The translations under genes and the position numbers were made by a program. A DNA stretch of 64,000 bases from Bugula neritina. Lineage: Eukaryota > Animalia > Bryozoa. Every line of letters begins with the position of its first letter. Position 1 is the stretch's first letter. Shown here in pieces: positions 45,101-63,100 of the stretch. The stretch spans positions 10,048,480 to 10,112,479 of the forward strand of contig OZ037771.1 in assembly GCA_964035545.1 (NCBI GenBank), given 5' to 3'. Under the pieces are notes generated by a model. That model did not search any database, was not told where the DNA came from, and worked only from the letters and a program-made list of their open reading frames with translations.

Positions 45101-48100
45101 TAAAATATTGAAATACACCGCAACAAACTGCAACATATTGAAGTACACTGTACATATTGAAAAACACTGCAACACACTGAAATATACTGCAACACACTGA
45201 AATATACTGCAAAAAAACTGAATTATACTTCAACATACTGCAACATACTGAAAGACACTACAACTCACTGAAGTATAGTGCAATTAAAAGAAATGTATTC
45301 TAACATACTGATATTTAATGTTACACACTGAAATATACTACAACATACTGAAATACACTGCAACATACCGAAATAAGCTGCAACATACTGCAACATACTG
45401 AAATACACTGTAACATGATGTAGTACACTGCAACACATTGAAATATACTGCAACAGACTGAAATATACTGCAAAATACTGAATTATACTTCAACATACTG
45501 CAACATACTGAAAGACACTACAACTCACTGAAGTATAGTGCAATATACAGAAATGTACTCTAACATACTGATATTTAATGTTACACACTGAAATATACTA
45601 CAACATACTGAAATACACTGTAACATACCGAAATAAGCTGCAACATACTGCAACATACTGAAATACACTGTAACATGATGAAGTACACTGCAACACATTG
45701 AAATACACTGCAACAAACTGAAATATACTGCATCATACTGAAATGTACTGCAACATACTGAAATACATTGCAACATATCGAAGTATATCGTAATAAACGG
45801 ACATGTACTGAAACATACTGAAACACACTGAAACATACTGAAACATACTGAAACATACTGAGATACACTGCAACATACTGCAACATACTGAAATACACTG
45901 TAACATGATGAAATACACTGCAACACATTGGAATATACTGCAACAAACTGGAATATACTGCAACATACTGAAACGTGCTGCAACATACTGAAATACATTG
46001 CAATATATCGAAGTATATCGTAATATACGGACATGTACTGCAACATACTGAAACACACTGAAACATACTGAAACATACTGAAATATACTGAAATATACTG
46101 AAATACACTGTAACACATTGAAAAATACTGCAACATACTGAAAGACACTTCAACCCACTGAAGTATAGTGTAATATACGGAAATGTACTGTAACATACTG
46201 ATATTTACTGTAACACACTGAAATATACTGCAACATACTGAAATACACTGTAACATACCGAAATAAACTGCAAGATAATGCAACATACTGAATTACACTG
46301 TAACATACTAAAATACACTGTAACATTCTGCAACATACTTCAACGTACTGAAAGACACTGTAACATAATGAAATACACTGCAACACATTGAAATATACCG
46401 CAACAGACTGGAATATACTGCAACACATCCAAGTACATCGTAATATACGGACATGTACTGTAACATACTGGAACATACTGAAATACACTGCAACAAACTG
46501 TAACATACTGAAACACACTGAAACATACTGAAACATGCTGAAACATACTGTAACATACTGAAACACACTGAAACATACTGAAACATACTGAGACATACTG
46601 AAATACACTGCAACATACTGCAACATACTGAAATATACTGAAATATACTGAAATACACTGTAACACATTGAAAAATACCGCAACATACTGAAAGACACTT
46701 CAACTCACTGAAGTATAGTGTAATATACGGAAATGTACTGTAACATACTGATATTTACTGTAACACACTGAAATGAACTGCAACATACTGAAATACACTG
46801 TTACATGCCAAAATAAACTGCAACATACTGCAACATACTGAAATACACTGTAACATACTCAAATACACTGCAACATTCTGCAACATATTGAAATATACTG
46901 CTACACACTGAAATATACTGCAACACACTGAAATATACTGCAAAATACTGAAATATACTTCAACATACTGCAACATACTGAAAGACACTACAACTCACTG
47001 AAGTATAGTGCAATATACAGAAATGTACTCTAACATACTGATATTTAATGTTACACACTGAAATATACTAAAACATACTGAAATACACTGTAACACACCG
47101 AAATAAGCTGCAACATACTGCAACATACTGAAATACACCGTAACATGATGAAGTACACTGCAACACATTGAAATACACTGCAACAAACTGAAATATACTG
47201 CAACATACTGAAATGCACTGCAACATACTGAAATACATTGCAACATATCGAAGTATATCGTAATAAATGGACATGTACTGAAACATACTGAAACATACTG
47301 AAACATACTGAAACATACTGAAACATACTGAAATACACTGTAACAAACTGAAATACACTGCAACAAGTTGGAATATACTGCAACATACCCAAGTATATGG
47401 TAATATAATGAAATGTACTGCAACATACCGCAACATACTCAAAAACACTGTAACAAACTGAAATACGCTGCAACACATTGGAATAAACTGCGACATATCG
47501 AAATAAATGGTAATATACTGAAATATATTGAAATACACTGTAACACATTGAAAAATACTGCAACATACTGAAACACACTACAACTCGCTGAAGTATAGTG
47601 TAACTTACTGAAATGTACTGTAACATAATGATATTTACTGCAACACACTGAAACATACTGCAACATACTGAAATACACTGTTACATACTAAAATACACTG
47701 CAACATACTAAAATACACTGCAACAACCTGCAACATTCTGCAACATACTTCAACATACTGAAAAACACTGTAACAAACTGAAATACGCTGCAACACATTG
47801 GAATATACTGCAACATACCCAAATAAATGGTAACATACTGAAATATACTGAAATACAATGTAACACATTGAAAAATACTGCAACACACTGAAAGACACTA
47901 CAACTCACTGAAGTATAGTGTAATATATGAAAACGTACTGTAACATACTGATATTTACTGCAACACACTGAAATATACTGCAACATACTGAAATACACTG
48001 TTACATGCCAAAATAAACTGCAACATACTGCAACATACTGAAATACACTGTAACATACTCAAATACACGGCAACATTCTGCAACATATTGAAATATACTG

Positions 48101-51100
48101 CAACACACTGAAATATACTGCAACACATCCAAGTAGACTGTAATATACGGACATGTACTGTAACATACTGAAACAAAATGAAATATACTGTAACACTCTG
48201 AGTAATACTGCAAAATGCTGAAATATACTGTAACACAGTGAAGTATACTGCAAAATTCTGAAACATACTGCAACATACTAAAACATGAGCAATATACTGA
48301 AAAATGCCTCAGCATACTCAAATATACTGCAAGATGCTGCAACATACGTAAATACACTGTAACATACTGAAATACACTGCAACATACTGCAGCATACTGA
48401 AGTACACTGTAAAATATTGAAATACACTGCAACACATTGGAATATACTGCAACACACTGAAATATACTGCAACATACTGAAATATACTGCAACATACTGC
48501 AACATACTAAAGTGCACTGTAACATACTGTAACTTACTGAAATACACGGCAACAAACTGTAACATACTGAAACACACTGAAACATACTGAAACATACTGA
48601 AACATACTGAGACATACTGAAATACACTGCAACATACTGAAACATACTGAAATATACTGAAATATACTAAAATACACTGGAACACATTGAAAAATACTGC
48701 AACATACTGAAAGACACTTCAACCCACTGAAGTATAGTGTAATATACGGAAATGTACTGTAACATACTGATATTTACTGTAACACACTGAAATATACTGC
48801 AACATACTGAAATACACTGTAACATACCGAAATAAACTGCAACATAATGCAACATACTGAATTACACTGTAACATACTAAAATACACTGCAACATTCTGC
48901 AACATACTTCAACGTACTGAAAGACACTGTAACATAATGAAATACACTGCAACACATTGAAATATACCGCAACAGACTGGAATATACTGCAACACATCCA
49001 AGTACATCGTAATATACGGACATGTACTGTAACATACTGGAACATACTGAAATACACTGCAACAAACTGTAACATACTGAAACACACTGAAACATACTGA
49101 AACATACTGAAACATACTGTAACATACTGAAACACACTGAAACATACTGAAACATACTGAGACATACTGAAATACACTGCAACATACTGCAACATACTGA
49201 AATATACTGAAATATACTGAAATACACTGTAACACATTGAAAAATACCGCAACATACTGAAAGACACTTCAACTCACTGAAGTATAGTGTAATATACGGA
49301 AATGTACTGTAACATACTGATATTTACTGTAACACACTGAAATGAACTGCAACATACTGAAATACACTGTAACATGCCAAAATAAACTGCAACATACTGC
49401 AACATACTGAAATACACTGTAACATACTCAAATACACTGCAACATTCTGCAACATATTGAAATATACTGCAACACACTGAAATATACTGCAACACACTGA
49501 AATATACTGCAAAATACTGAAATATACTTCAACATACTGCAACATACTGAAAGACACTACAACTCACTGAAGTATAGTGCAATATACAGAAATGTACTCT
49601 AACATACTGATATTTAATGTTACACACTGAAATATACTAAAACATACTGAAATACACTGTAACATACCGAAATAAGCTGCAACATACTGCAACATACTGA
49701 AATACACTGTAACATGATGAAGTACACTGCAACACATTGAAATACACTGCAACAAACTGAAATATACTGCAACATACTGAAATGTACTGCAACATGCTGA
49801 AACTAATTGCAACATATCGAAGTATATCGTAAAATACGGACATGTACTGTAACATACTGAAACACACTGAAACATACTGAAACATACTGAAACATACTGA
49901 AACATACTGAGATACACTGCAACATACTGCAACATACTGAAATACACTGTAACATGATGAAATACACTGCAACACATTGGAATATACTGCAACAAACTGG
50001 AATATACTGCAACATACTGAAATGTGCTGCAACATACTGAAATACATTACAATATATCGAAGTATATCGTAATATACGGACATGTACTGTAACATACTGA
50101 AACACACTGAAACATACTGAAACATACTAAAATATACTGAAACATACTGAAATACACTGTAACACATTGAAAAATACTGCAACATACTGAAGGACACTTC
50201 AACTCAATGAAGTATAGTGTAATATACAGAAATGTACTGTAACATACTGATATTTACTGTAACACACTGAAATATACTGCAACATACTGAAATACACTGT
50301 AACATACCGAAATAAACTGCAACATAATGCAACATACTGAATTACACTGTAACATACTAAAATACACTGCAACATTCTGCAACATACTTCAACGTACTGA
50401 AAGACACTGTAACATAATGAAATACACTGCAACACATTGAAATATACCGCAACAGACAGGAATATACTGCAACACATCCAAGTACATAGTAGTATACGGA
50501 CATGTACTGTAACATACTGGAACATACTGAAACATACTGCAACATTCTGAAGTACACTGTAAAATATTGAAATACACCGCAACAAACTGCAACATATTGA
50601 AGTACACTGTACATATTGAAAAACACTGCAACACACTGAAATATACTGCAACACACTGAAATATACTGCAAAAAAACTGAATTATACTTCAACATACTGC
50701 AACATACTGAAAGACACTACAACTCACTGAAGTATAGTGCAATTAAAAGAAATGTATTCTAACATACTGATATTTAATGTTACACACTGAAATATACTAC
50801 AACATACTGAAATACACTGCAACATACCGAAATAAGCTGCAACATACTGCAACATACTGAAATACACTGTAACATGATGTAGTACACTGCAACACATTGA
50901 AATATACTGCAACAGACTGAAATATACTGCAAAATACTGAATTATACTTCAACATACTGCAACATACTGAAAGACACTACAACTCACTGAAGTATAGTGC
51001 AATATACAGAAATGTACTCTAACATACTGATATTTAATGTTACACACTGAAATATACTACAACATACTGAAATACACTGTAACATACCGAAATAAGCTGC

Positions 51101-54100
51101 AACATACTGCAACATACTGAAATACACTGTAACATGATGAAGTACACTGCAACACATTGAAATACACTGCAACAAACTGAAATATACTGCATCATACTGA
51201 AATGTACTGCAACATACTGAAATACATTGCAACATATCGAAGTATATCGTAATAAACGGACATGTACTGAAACATACTGAAACACACTGAAACATACTGA
51301 AACATACTGAAACATACTGAGATACACTGCAACATACTGCAACATACTGAAATACACTGTAACATGATGAAATACACTGCAACACATTGGAATATACTGC
51401 AACAAACTGGAATATACTGCAACATACTGAAACGTGCTGCAACATACTGAAATACATTGCAATATATCGAAGTATATCGTAATATACGGACATGTACTGC
51501 AACATACTGAAACACACTGAAACATACTGAAACATACTGAAATATACTGAAATATACTGAAATACACTGTAACACATTGAAAAATACTGCAACATACTGA
51601 AAGACACTTCAACCCACTGAAGTATAGTGTAATATACGGAAATGTACTGTAACATACTGATATTTACTGTAACACACTGAAATATACTGCAACATACTGA
51701 AATACACTGTAACATACCGAAATAAACTGCAAGATAATGCAACATACTGAATTACACTGTAACATACTAAAATACACTGTAACATTCTGCAACATACTTC
51801 AACGTACTGAAAGACACTGTAACATAATGAAATACACTGCAACACATTGAAATATACCGCAACAGACTGGAATATACTGCAACACATCCAAGTACATCGT
51901 AATATACGGACATGTACTGTAACATACTGGAACATACTGAAATACACTGCAACAAACTGTAACATACTGAAACACACTGAAACATACTGAAACATGCTGA
52001 AACATACTGTAACATACTGAAACACACTGAAACATACTGAAACATACTGAGACATACTGAAATACACCGCAACATACTGCAACATACTGAAATATACTGA
52101 AATATACTGAAATACACTGTAACACATTGAAAAATACCGCAACATACTGAAAGACACTTCAACTCACTGAAGTATAGTGTAATATACGGAAATGTACTGT
52201 AACATACTGATATTTACTGTAACACACTGAAATGAACTGCAACATACTGAAATACACTGTAACATGCCAAAATAAACTGCAACATACTGCAACATACTGA
52301 AATACACTGTAACATACTCAAATACACTGCAACATTCTGCAACATATTGAAATATACTGCAACACACTGAAATATACTGCAACACACTGAAATATACTGC
52401 AAAATACTGAAATATACTTCAACATACTGCAACATACTGAAAGACACTACAACTCACTGAAGTATAGTGCAATATACAGAAATGTACTCTAACATACTGA
52501 TATTTAATGTTACACACTGAAATATACTAAAACATACTGAAATACACTGTAACATACCGAAATAAGCTGCAACATACTGCAACATACTGAAATACACTGT
52601 AACATGATGAAGTACACTGCAACACATTGAAATACACTGCAACAAACTGAAATATACTGCAACATACTGAAATGTACTGCAACATGCTGAAACTAATTGC
52701 AACATATCGAAGTATATCGTAAAATACGGACATGTACTGTAACATACTGAAACACACTGAAACATACTGAAACATACTGAAACATACTGAAACATACTGA
52801 GATACACTGCAACATACTGCAACATACTGAAATACACTGTAACATGATGAAATACACTGCAACACATTGGAATATACTGCAACAAACTGGAATATACTGC
52901 AACATACTGAAATGTGCTGCAACATACTGAAATACATTACAATATATCGAAGTATATCGTAATATACGGACATGTACTGTAACATACTGAAACACACTGA
53001 AACATACTGAAACATACTAAAATATACTGAAACATACTGAAATACACTGTAACACATTGAAAAATACTGCAACATACTGAAGGACACTTCAACTCAATGA
53101 AGTATAGTGTAATATACAGAAATGTACTGTAACATACTGATATTTACTGTAACACACTGAAATATACTGCAACATACTGAAATACACTGTAACATACCGA
53201 AATAAACTGCAACATAATGCAACATACTGAATTACACTGTAACATACTAAAATACACTGCAACATTCTGCAACATACTTCAACGTACTGAAAGACACTGT
53301 AACATAATGAAATACACTGCAACACATTGAAATATACCGCAACAGACAGGAATATACTGCAACACATCCAAGTACATAGTAGTATACGGACATGTACTGT
53401 AACATACTGGAACATACTGAAACATACTGCAACATTCTGAAGTACACTGTAAAATATTGAAATACACCGCAACAAACTGCAACATATTGAAGTACACTGT
53501 ACATATTGAAAAACACTGCAACACACTGAAATATACTGCAACACACTGAAATATACTGCAAAAAAACTGAATTATACTTCAACATACTGCAACATACTGA
53601 AAGACACTACAACTCACTGAAGTATAGTGCAATTAAAAGAAATGTATTCTAACATACTGATATTTAATGTTACACACTGAAATATACTACAACATACTGA
53701 AATACACTGCAACATACCGAAATAAGCTGCAACATACTGCAACATACTGAAATACACTGTAACATGATGTAGTACACTGCAACACATTGAAATATACTGC
53801 AACAGACTGAAATATACTGCAAAATACTGAATTATACTTCAACATACTGCAACATACTGAAAGACACTACAACTCACTGAAGTATAGTGCAATATACAGA
53901 AATGTACTCTAACATACTGATATTTAATGTTACACACTGAAATATACTACAACATACTGAAATACACTGTAACATACCGAAATAAGCTGCAACATACTGC
54001 AACATACTGAAATACACTGTAACATGATGAAGTACACTGCAACACATTGAAATACACTGCAACAAACTGAAATATACTGCATCATACTGAAATGTACTGC

Positions 54101-57100
54101 AACATACTGAAATACATTGCAACATATCGAAGTATATCGTAATAAACGGACATGTACTGAAACATACTGAAACACACTGAAACATACTGAAACATACTGA
54201 AACATACTGAGATACACTGCAACATACTGCAACATACTGAAATACACTGTAACATGATGAAATACACTGCAACACATTGGAATATACTGCAACAAACTGG
54301 AATATACTGCAACATACTGAAACGTGCTGCAACATACTGAAATACATTGCAATATATCGAAGTATATCGTAATATACGGACATGTACTGCAACATACTGA
54401 AACACACTGAAACATACTGAAACATACTGAAATATACTGAAATATACTGAAATACACTGTAACACATTGAAAAATACTGCAACATACTGAAAGACACTTC
54501 AACCCACTGAAGTATAGTGTAATATACGGAAATGTACTGTAACATACTGATATTTACTGTAACACACTGAAATATACTGCAACATACTGAAATACACTGT
54601 AACATACCGAAATAAACTGCAAGATAATGCAACATACTGAATTACACTGTAACATACTAAAATACACTGTAACATTCTGCAACATACTTCAACGTACTGA
54701 AAGACACTGTAACATAATGAAATACACTGCAACACATTGAAATATACCGCAACAGACTGGAATATACTGCAACACATCCAAGTACATCGTAATATACGGA
54801 CATGTACTGTAACATACTGGAACATACTGAAATACACTGCAACAAACTGTAACATACTGAAACACACTGAAACATACTGAAACATGCTGAAACATACTGT
54901 AACATACTGAAACACACTGAAACATACTGAAACATACTGAGACATACTGAAATACACTGCAACATACTGCAACATACTGAAATATACTGAAATATACTGA
55001 AATACACTGTAACACATTGAAAAATACCGCAACATACTGAAAGACACTTCAACTCACTGAAGTATAGTGTAATATACGGAAATGTACTGTAACATACTGA
55101 TATTTATTGTAACACACTGAAATGAACTGCAACATACTGAAATACACTGTTACATGCCAAAATAAACTGCAACATACTGCAACATACTGAAATACACTGT
55201 AACATACTCAAATACACTGCAACATTCTGCAACATATTGAAATATACTGCAACACACTGAAATATACTGCAACACACTGAAATATACTGCAAAATACTGA
55301 AATATACTTCAACATACTGCAACATACTGAAAGACACTACAACTCACTGAAGTATAGTGCAATATACAGAAATGTACTCTAACATACTGATATTTAATGT
55401 TACACACTGAAATATACTAAAACATACTGAAATACACTGTAACACACCGAAATAAGCTGCAACATACTGCAACATACTGAAATACACCGTAACATGATGA
55501 AGTACACTGCAACACATTGAAATACACTGCAACAAACTGAAATATACTGCAACATACTGAAATGCACTGCAACATACTGAAATACATTGCAACATATCGA
55601 AGTATATCGTAATAAATGGACATGTACTGAAACATACTGAAACATACTGAAACATACTGAAACATACTGAAACATACTGAAATACACTGTAACAAACTGA
55701 AATACACTGCAACAAGTTGGAATATACTGCAACATACCCAAGTATATGGTAATATAATGAAATGTACTGCAACATACCGCAACATACTCAAAAACACTGT
55801 AACAAACTGAAATACGCTGCAACACATTGGAATAAACTGCGACATATCGAAATAAATGGTAATATACTGAAATATATTGAAATACACTGTAACACATTGA
55901 AAAATACTGCAACATACTGAAACACACTACAACTCGCTGAAGTATAGTGTAACTTACTGAAATGTACTGTAACATAATGATATTTACTGCAACACACTGA
56001 AACATACTGCAACATACTGAAATACACTGTTACATACTAAAATACACTGCAACATACTAAAATACACTGCAACAACCTGCAACATTCTGCAACATACTTC
56101 AACATACTGAAAAACACTGTAACAAACTGAAATACGCTGCAACACATTGGAATATACTGCAACATACCCAAATAAATGGTAACATACTGAAATATACTGA
56201 AATACAATGTAACACATTGAAAAATACTGCAACACACTGAAAGACACTACAACTCACTGAAGTATAGTGTAATATATGAAAACGTACTGTAACATACTGA
56301 TATTTACTGCAACACACTGAAATATACTGCAACATACTGAAATACACTGTTACATGCCAAAATAAACTGCAACATACTGCAACATACTGAAATACACTGT
56401 AACATACTCAAATACACGGCAACATTCTGCAACATATTGAAATATACTGCAACACACTGAAATATACTGCAACACATCCAAGTAGACTGTAATATACGGA
56501 CATGTACTGTAACATACTGAAACAAAATGAAATATACTGTAACACTCTGAGTAATACTGCAAAATGCTGAAATATACTGTAACACAGTGAAGTATACTGC
56601 AAAATTCTGAAACATACTGCAACATACTAAAACATGAGCAATATACTGAAAAATGCCTCAGCATACTCAAATATACTGCAAGATGCTGCAACATACGTAA
56701 ATACACTGTAACATACTGAAATACACTGCAACATACTGCAGCATACTGAAGTACACTGTAAAATATTGAAATACACTGCAACACATTGGAATATACTGCA
56801 ACACACTGAAATATACTGCAACATACTGAAATATACTGCAACATACTGCAACATACTAAAGTGCACTGTAACATACTGTAACTTACTGAAATACACGGCA
56901 ACAAACTGTAACATACTGAAACACACTGAAACATACTGAAACATACTGAAACATACTGAGACATACTGAAATACACTGCAACATACTGAAACATACTGAA
57001 ATATACTGAAATATACTAAAATACACTGGAACACATTGAAAAATACTGCAACATACTGAAAGACACTTCAACCCACTGAAGTATAGTGTAATATACGGAA

Positions 57101-60100
57101 ATGTACTGTAACATACTGATATTTACTGTAACACACTGAAATATACTGCAACATACTGAAATACACTGTAACATACCGAAATAAACTGCAACATAATGCA
57201 ACATACTGAATTACACTGTAACATACTAAAATACACTGCAACATTCTGCAACATACTTCAACGTACTGAAAGACACTGTAACATAATGAAATACACTGCA
57301 ACACATTGAAATATACCGCAACAGACTGGAATATACTGCAACACATCCAAGTACATCGTAATATACGGACATGTACTGTAACATACTGGAACATACTGAA
57401 ATACACTGCAACAAACTGTAACATACTGAAACACACTGAAACATACTGAAACATACTGAAACATACTGTAACATACTGAAACACACTGAAACATACTGAA
57501 ACATACTGAGACATACTGAAATACACTGCAACATACTGCAACATACTGAAATATACTGAAATATACTGAAATACACTGTAACACATTGAAAAATACCGCA
57601 ACATACTGAAAGACACTTCAACTCACTGAAGTATAGTGTAATATACGGAAATGTACTGTAACATACTGATATTTACTGTAACACACTGAAATGAACTGCA
57701 ACATACTGAAATACACTGTAACATGCCAAAATAAACTGCAACATACTGCAACATACTGAAATACACTGTAACATACTCAAATACACTGCAACATTCTGCA
57801 ACATATTGAAATATACTGCAACACACTGAAATATACTGCAACACACTGAAATATACTGCAAAATACTGAAATATACTTCAACATACTGCAACATACTGAA
57901 AGACACTACAACTCACTGAAGTATAGTGCAATATACAGAAATGTACTCTAACATACTGATATTTAATGTTACACACTGAAATATACTAAAACATACTGAA
58001 ATACACTGTAACATACCGAAATAAGCTGCAACATACTGCAACATACTGAAATACACTGTAACATGATGAAGTACACTGCAACACATTGAAATACACTGCA
58101 ACAAACTGAAATATACTGCAACATACTGAAATGTACTGCAACATGCTGAAACTAATTGCAACATATCGAAGTATATCGTAAAATACGGACATGTACTGTA
58201 ACATACTGAAACACACTGAAACATACTGAAACATACTGAAACATACTGAAACATACTGAGATACACTGCAACATACTGCAACATACTGAAATACACTGTA
58301 ACATGATGAAATACACTGCAACACATTGGAATATACTGCAACAAACTGGAATATACTGCAACATACTGAAATGTGCTGCAACATACTGAAATACATTACA
58401 ATATATCGAAGTATATCGTAATATACGGACATGTACTGTAACATACTGAAACACACTGAAACATACTGAAACATACTAAAATATACTGAAACATACTGAA
58501 ATACACTGTAACACATTGAAAAATACTGCAACATACTGAAGGACACTTCAACTCAATGAAGTATAGTGTAATATACAGAAATGTACTGTAACATACTGAT
58601 ATTTACTGTAACACACTGAAATATACTGCAACATACTGAAATACACTGTAACATACCGAAATAAACTGCAACATAATGCAACATACTGAATTACACTGTA
58701 ACATACTAAAATACACTGCAACATTCTGCAACATACTTCAACGTACTGAAAGACACTGTAACATAATGAAATACACTGCAACACATTGAAATATACCGCA
58801 ACAGACAGGAATATACTGCAACACATCCAAGTACATAGTAGTATACGGACATGTACTGTAACATACTGGAACATACTGAAACATACTGCAACATTCTGAA
58901 GTACACTGTAAAATATTGAAATACACCGCAACAAACTGCAACATATTGAAGTACACTGTACATATTGAAAAACACTGCAACACACTGAAATATACTGCAA
59001 CACACTGAAATATACTGCAAAAAAACTGAATTATACTTCAACATACTGCAACATACTGAAAGACACTACAACTCACTGAAGTATAGTGCAATTAAAAGAA
59101 ATGTATTCTAACATACTGATATTTAATGTTACACACTGAAATATACTACAACATACTGAAATACACTGCAACATACCGAAATAAGCTGCAACATACTGCA
59201 ACATACTGAAATACACTGTAACATGATGTAGTACACTGCAACACATTGAAATATACTGCAACAGACTGAAATATACTGCAAAATACTGAATTATACTTCA
59301 ACATACTGCAACATACTGAAAGACACTACAACTCACTGAAGTATAGTGCAATATACAGAAATGTACTCTAACATACTGATATTTAATGTTACACACTGAA
59401 ATATACTACAACATACTGAAATACACTGTAACATACCGAAATAAGCTGCAACATACTGCAACATACTGAAATACACTGTAACATGATGAAGTACACTGCA
59501 ACACATTGAAATACACTGCAACAAACTGAAATATACTGCATCATACTGAAATGTACTGCAACATACTGAAATACATTGCAACATATCGAAGTATATCGTA
59601 ATAAACGGACATGTACTGAAACATACTGAAACACACTGAAACATACTGAAACATACTGAAACATACTGAGATACACTGCAACATACTGCAACATACTGAA
59701 ATACACTGTAACATGATGAAATACACTGCAACACATTGGAATATACTGCAACAAACTGGAATATACTGCAACATACTGAAACGTGCTGCAACATACTGAA
59801 ATACATTGCAATATATCGAAGTATATCGTAATATACGGACATGTACTGCAACATACTGAAACACACTGAAACATACTGAAACATACTGAAATATACTGAA
59901 ATATACTGAAATACACTGTAACACATTGAAAAATACTGCAACATACTGAAAGACACTTCAACCCACTGAAGTATAGTGTAATATACGGAAATGTACTGTA
60001 ACATACTGATATTTACTGTAACACACTGAAATATACTGCAACATACTGAAATACACTGTAACATACCGAAATAAACTGCAAGATAATGCAACATACTGAA

Positions 60101-63100
60101 TTACACTGTAACATACTAAAATACACTGTAACATTCTGCAACATACTTCAACGTACTGAAAGACACTGTAACATAATGAAATACACTGCAACACATTGAA
60201 ATATACCGCAACAGACTGGAATATACTGCAACACATCCAAGTACATCGTAATATACGGACATGTACTGTAACATACTGGAACATACTGAAATACACTGCA
60301 ACAAACTGTAACATACTGAAACACACTGAAACATACTGAAACATGCTGAAACATACTGTAACATACTGAAACACACTGAAACATACTGAAACATACTGAG
60401 ACATACTGAAATACACCGCAACATACTGCAACATACTGAAATATACTGAAATATACTGAAATACACTGTAACACATTGAAAAATACCGCAACATACTGAA
60501 AGACACTTCAACTCACTGAAGTATAGTGTAATATACGGAAATGTACTGTAACATACTGATATTTACTGTAACACACTGAAATGAACTGCAACATACTGAA
60601 ATACACTGTTACATGCCAAAATAAACTGCAACATACTGCAACATACTGAAATACACTGTAACATACTCAAATACACTGCAACATTCTGCAACATATTGAA
60701 ATATACTGCAACACACTGAAATATACTGCAACACACTGAAATATACTGCAAAATACTGAAATATACTTCAACATACTGCAACATACTGAAAGACACTACA
60801 ACTCACTGAAGTATAGTGCAATATACAGAAATGTACTCTAACATACTGATATTTAATGTTACACACTGAAATATACTAAAACATACTGAAATACACTGTA
60901 ACACACCGAAATAAGCTGCAACATACTGCAACATACTGAAATACACCGTAACATGATGAAGTACACTGCAACACATTGAAATACACTGCAACAAACTGAA
61001 ATATACTGCAACATACTGAAATGCACTGCAACATACTGAAATACATTGCAACATATCGAAGTATATCGTAATAAATGGACATGTACTGAAACATACTGAA
61101 ACATACTGAAACATACTGAAACATACTGAAACATACTGAAATACACTGTAACAAACTGAAATACACTGCAACAAGTTGGAATATACTGCAACATACCCAA
61201 GTATATGGTAATATAATGAAATGTACTGCAACATACCGCAACATACTCAAAAACACTGTAACAAACTGAAATACGCTGCAACACATTGGAATAAACTGCG
61301 ACATATCGAAATAAATGGTAATATACTGAAATATATTGAAATACACTGTAACACATTGAAAAATACTGCAACATACTGAAACACACTACAACTCGCTGAA
61401 GTATAGTGTAACTTACTGAAATGTACTGTAACATAATGATATTTACTGCAACACACTGAAACATACTGCAACATACCGAAATACACTGTTACATACTAAA
61501 ATACACTGCAACATACTAAAATACACTGCAACAACCTGCAACATTCTGCAACATACTTCAACATACTGAAAAACACTGTAACAAACTGAAATACGCTGCA
61601 ACACATTGGAATATACTGCAACATACCCAAATAAATGGTAACATACTGAAATATACTGAAATACAATGTAACACATTGAAAAATACTGCAACACACTGAA
61701 AGACACTACAACTCACTGAAGTATAGTGTAATATATGAAAACGTACTGTAACATACTGATATTTACTGCAACACACTGAAATATACTGCAACATACTGAA
61801 ATACACTGTTACATGCCAAAATAAACTGCAACATACTGCAACATACTGAAATACACTGTAACATACTCAAATACACGGCAACATTCTGCAACATATTGAA
61901 ATATACTGCAACACACTGAAATATACTGCAACACATCCAAGTAGACTGTAATATACGGACATGTACTGTAACATACTGAAACAAAATGAAATATACTGTA
62001 ACACTCTGAGTAATACTGCAAAATGCTGAAATATACTGTAACACAGTGAAGTATACTGCAAAATTCTGAAACATACTGCAACATACTAAAACATGAGCAA
62101 TATACTGAAAAATGCCTCAGCATACTCAAATATACTGCAAGATGCTGCAACATACGTAAATACACTGTAACATACTGAAATACACTGCAACATACTGCAG
62201 CATACTGAAGTACACTGTAAAATATTGAAATACACTGCAACACATTGGAATATACTGCAACACACTGAAATATACTGCAACATACTGAAATATACTGCAA
62301 CATACTGCAACATACTAAAGTGCACTGTAACATACTGTAACTTACTGAAATACACGGCAACAAACTGTAACATACTGAAACACACTGAAACATACTGAAA
62401 CATACTGAAACATACTGAGACATACTGAAATACACTGCAACATACTGAAACATACTGAAATATACTGAAATATACTAAAATACACTGGAACACATTGAAA
62501 AATACTGCAACATACTGAAAGACACTTCAACCCACTGAAGTATAGTGTAATATACGGAAATGTACTGTAACATACTGATATTTACTGTAACACACTGAAA
62601 TATACTGCAACATACTGAAATACACTGTAACATACCGAAATAAACTGCAACATAATGCAACATACTGAATTACACTGTAACATACTAAAATACACTGCAA
62701 CATTCTGCAACATACTTCAACGTACTGAAAGACACTGTAACATAATGAAATACACTGCAACACATTGAAATATACCGCAACAGACTGGAATATACTGCAA
62801 CACATCCAAGTACATCGTAATATACGGACATGTACTGTAACATACTGGAACATACTGAAATACACTGCAACAAACTGTAACATACTGAAACACACTGAAA
62901 CATACTGAAACATACTGAAACATACTGTAACATACTGAAACACACTGAAACATACTGAAACATACTGAGACATACTGAAATACACTGCAACATACTGCAA
63001 CATACTGAAATATACTGAAATATACTGAAATACACTGTAACACATTGAAAAATACCGCAACATACTGAAAGACACTTCAACTCACTGAAGTATAGTGTAA

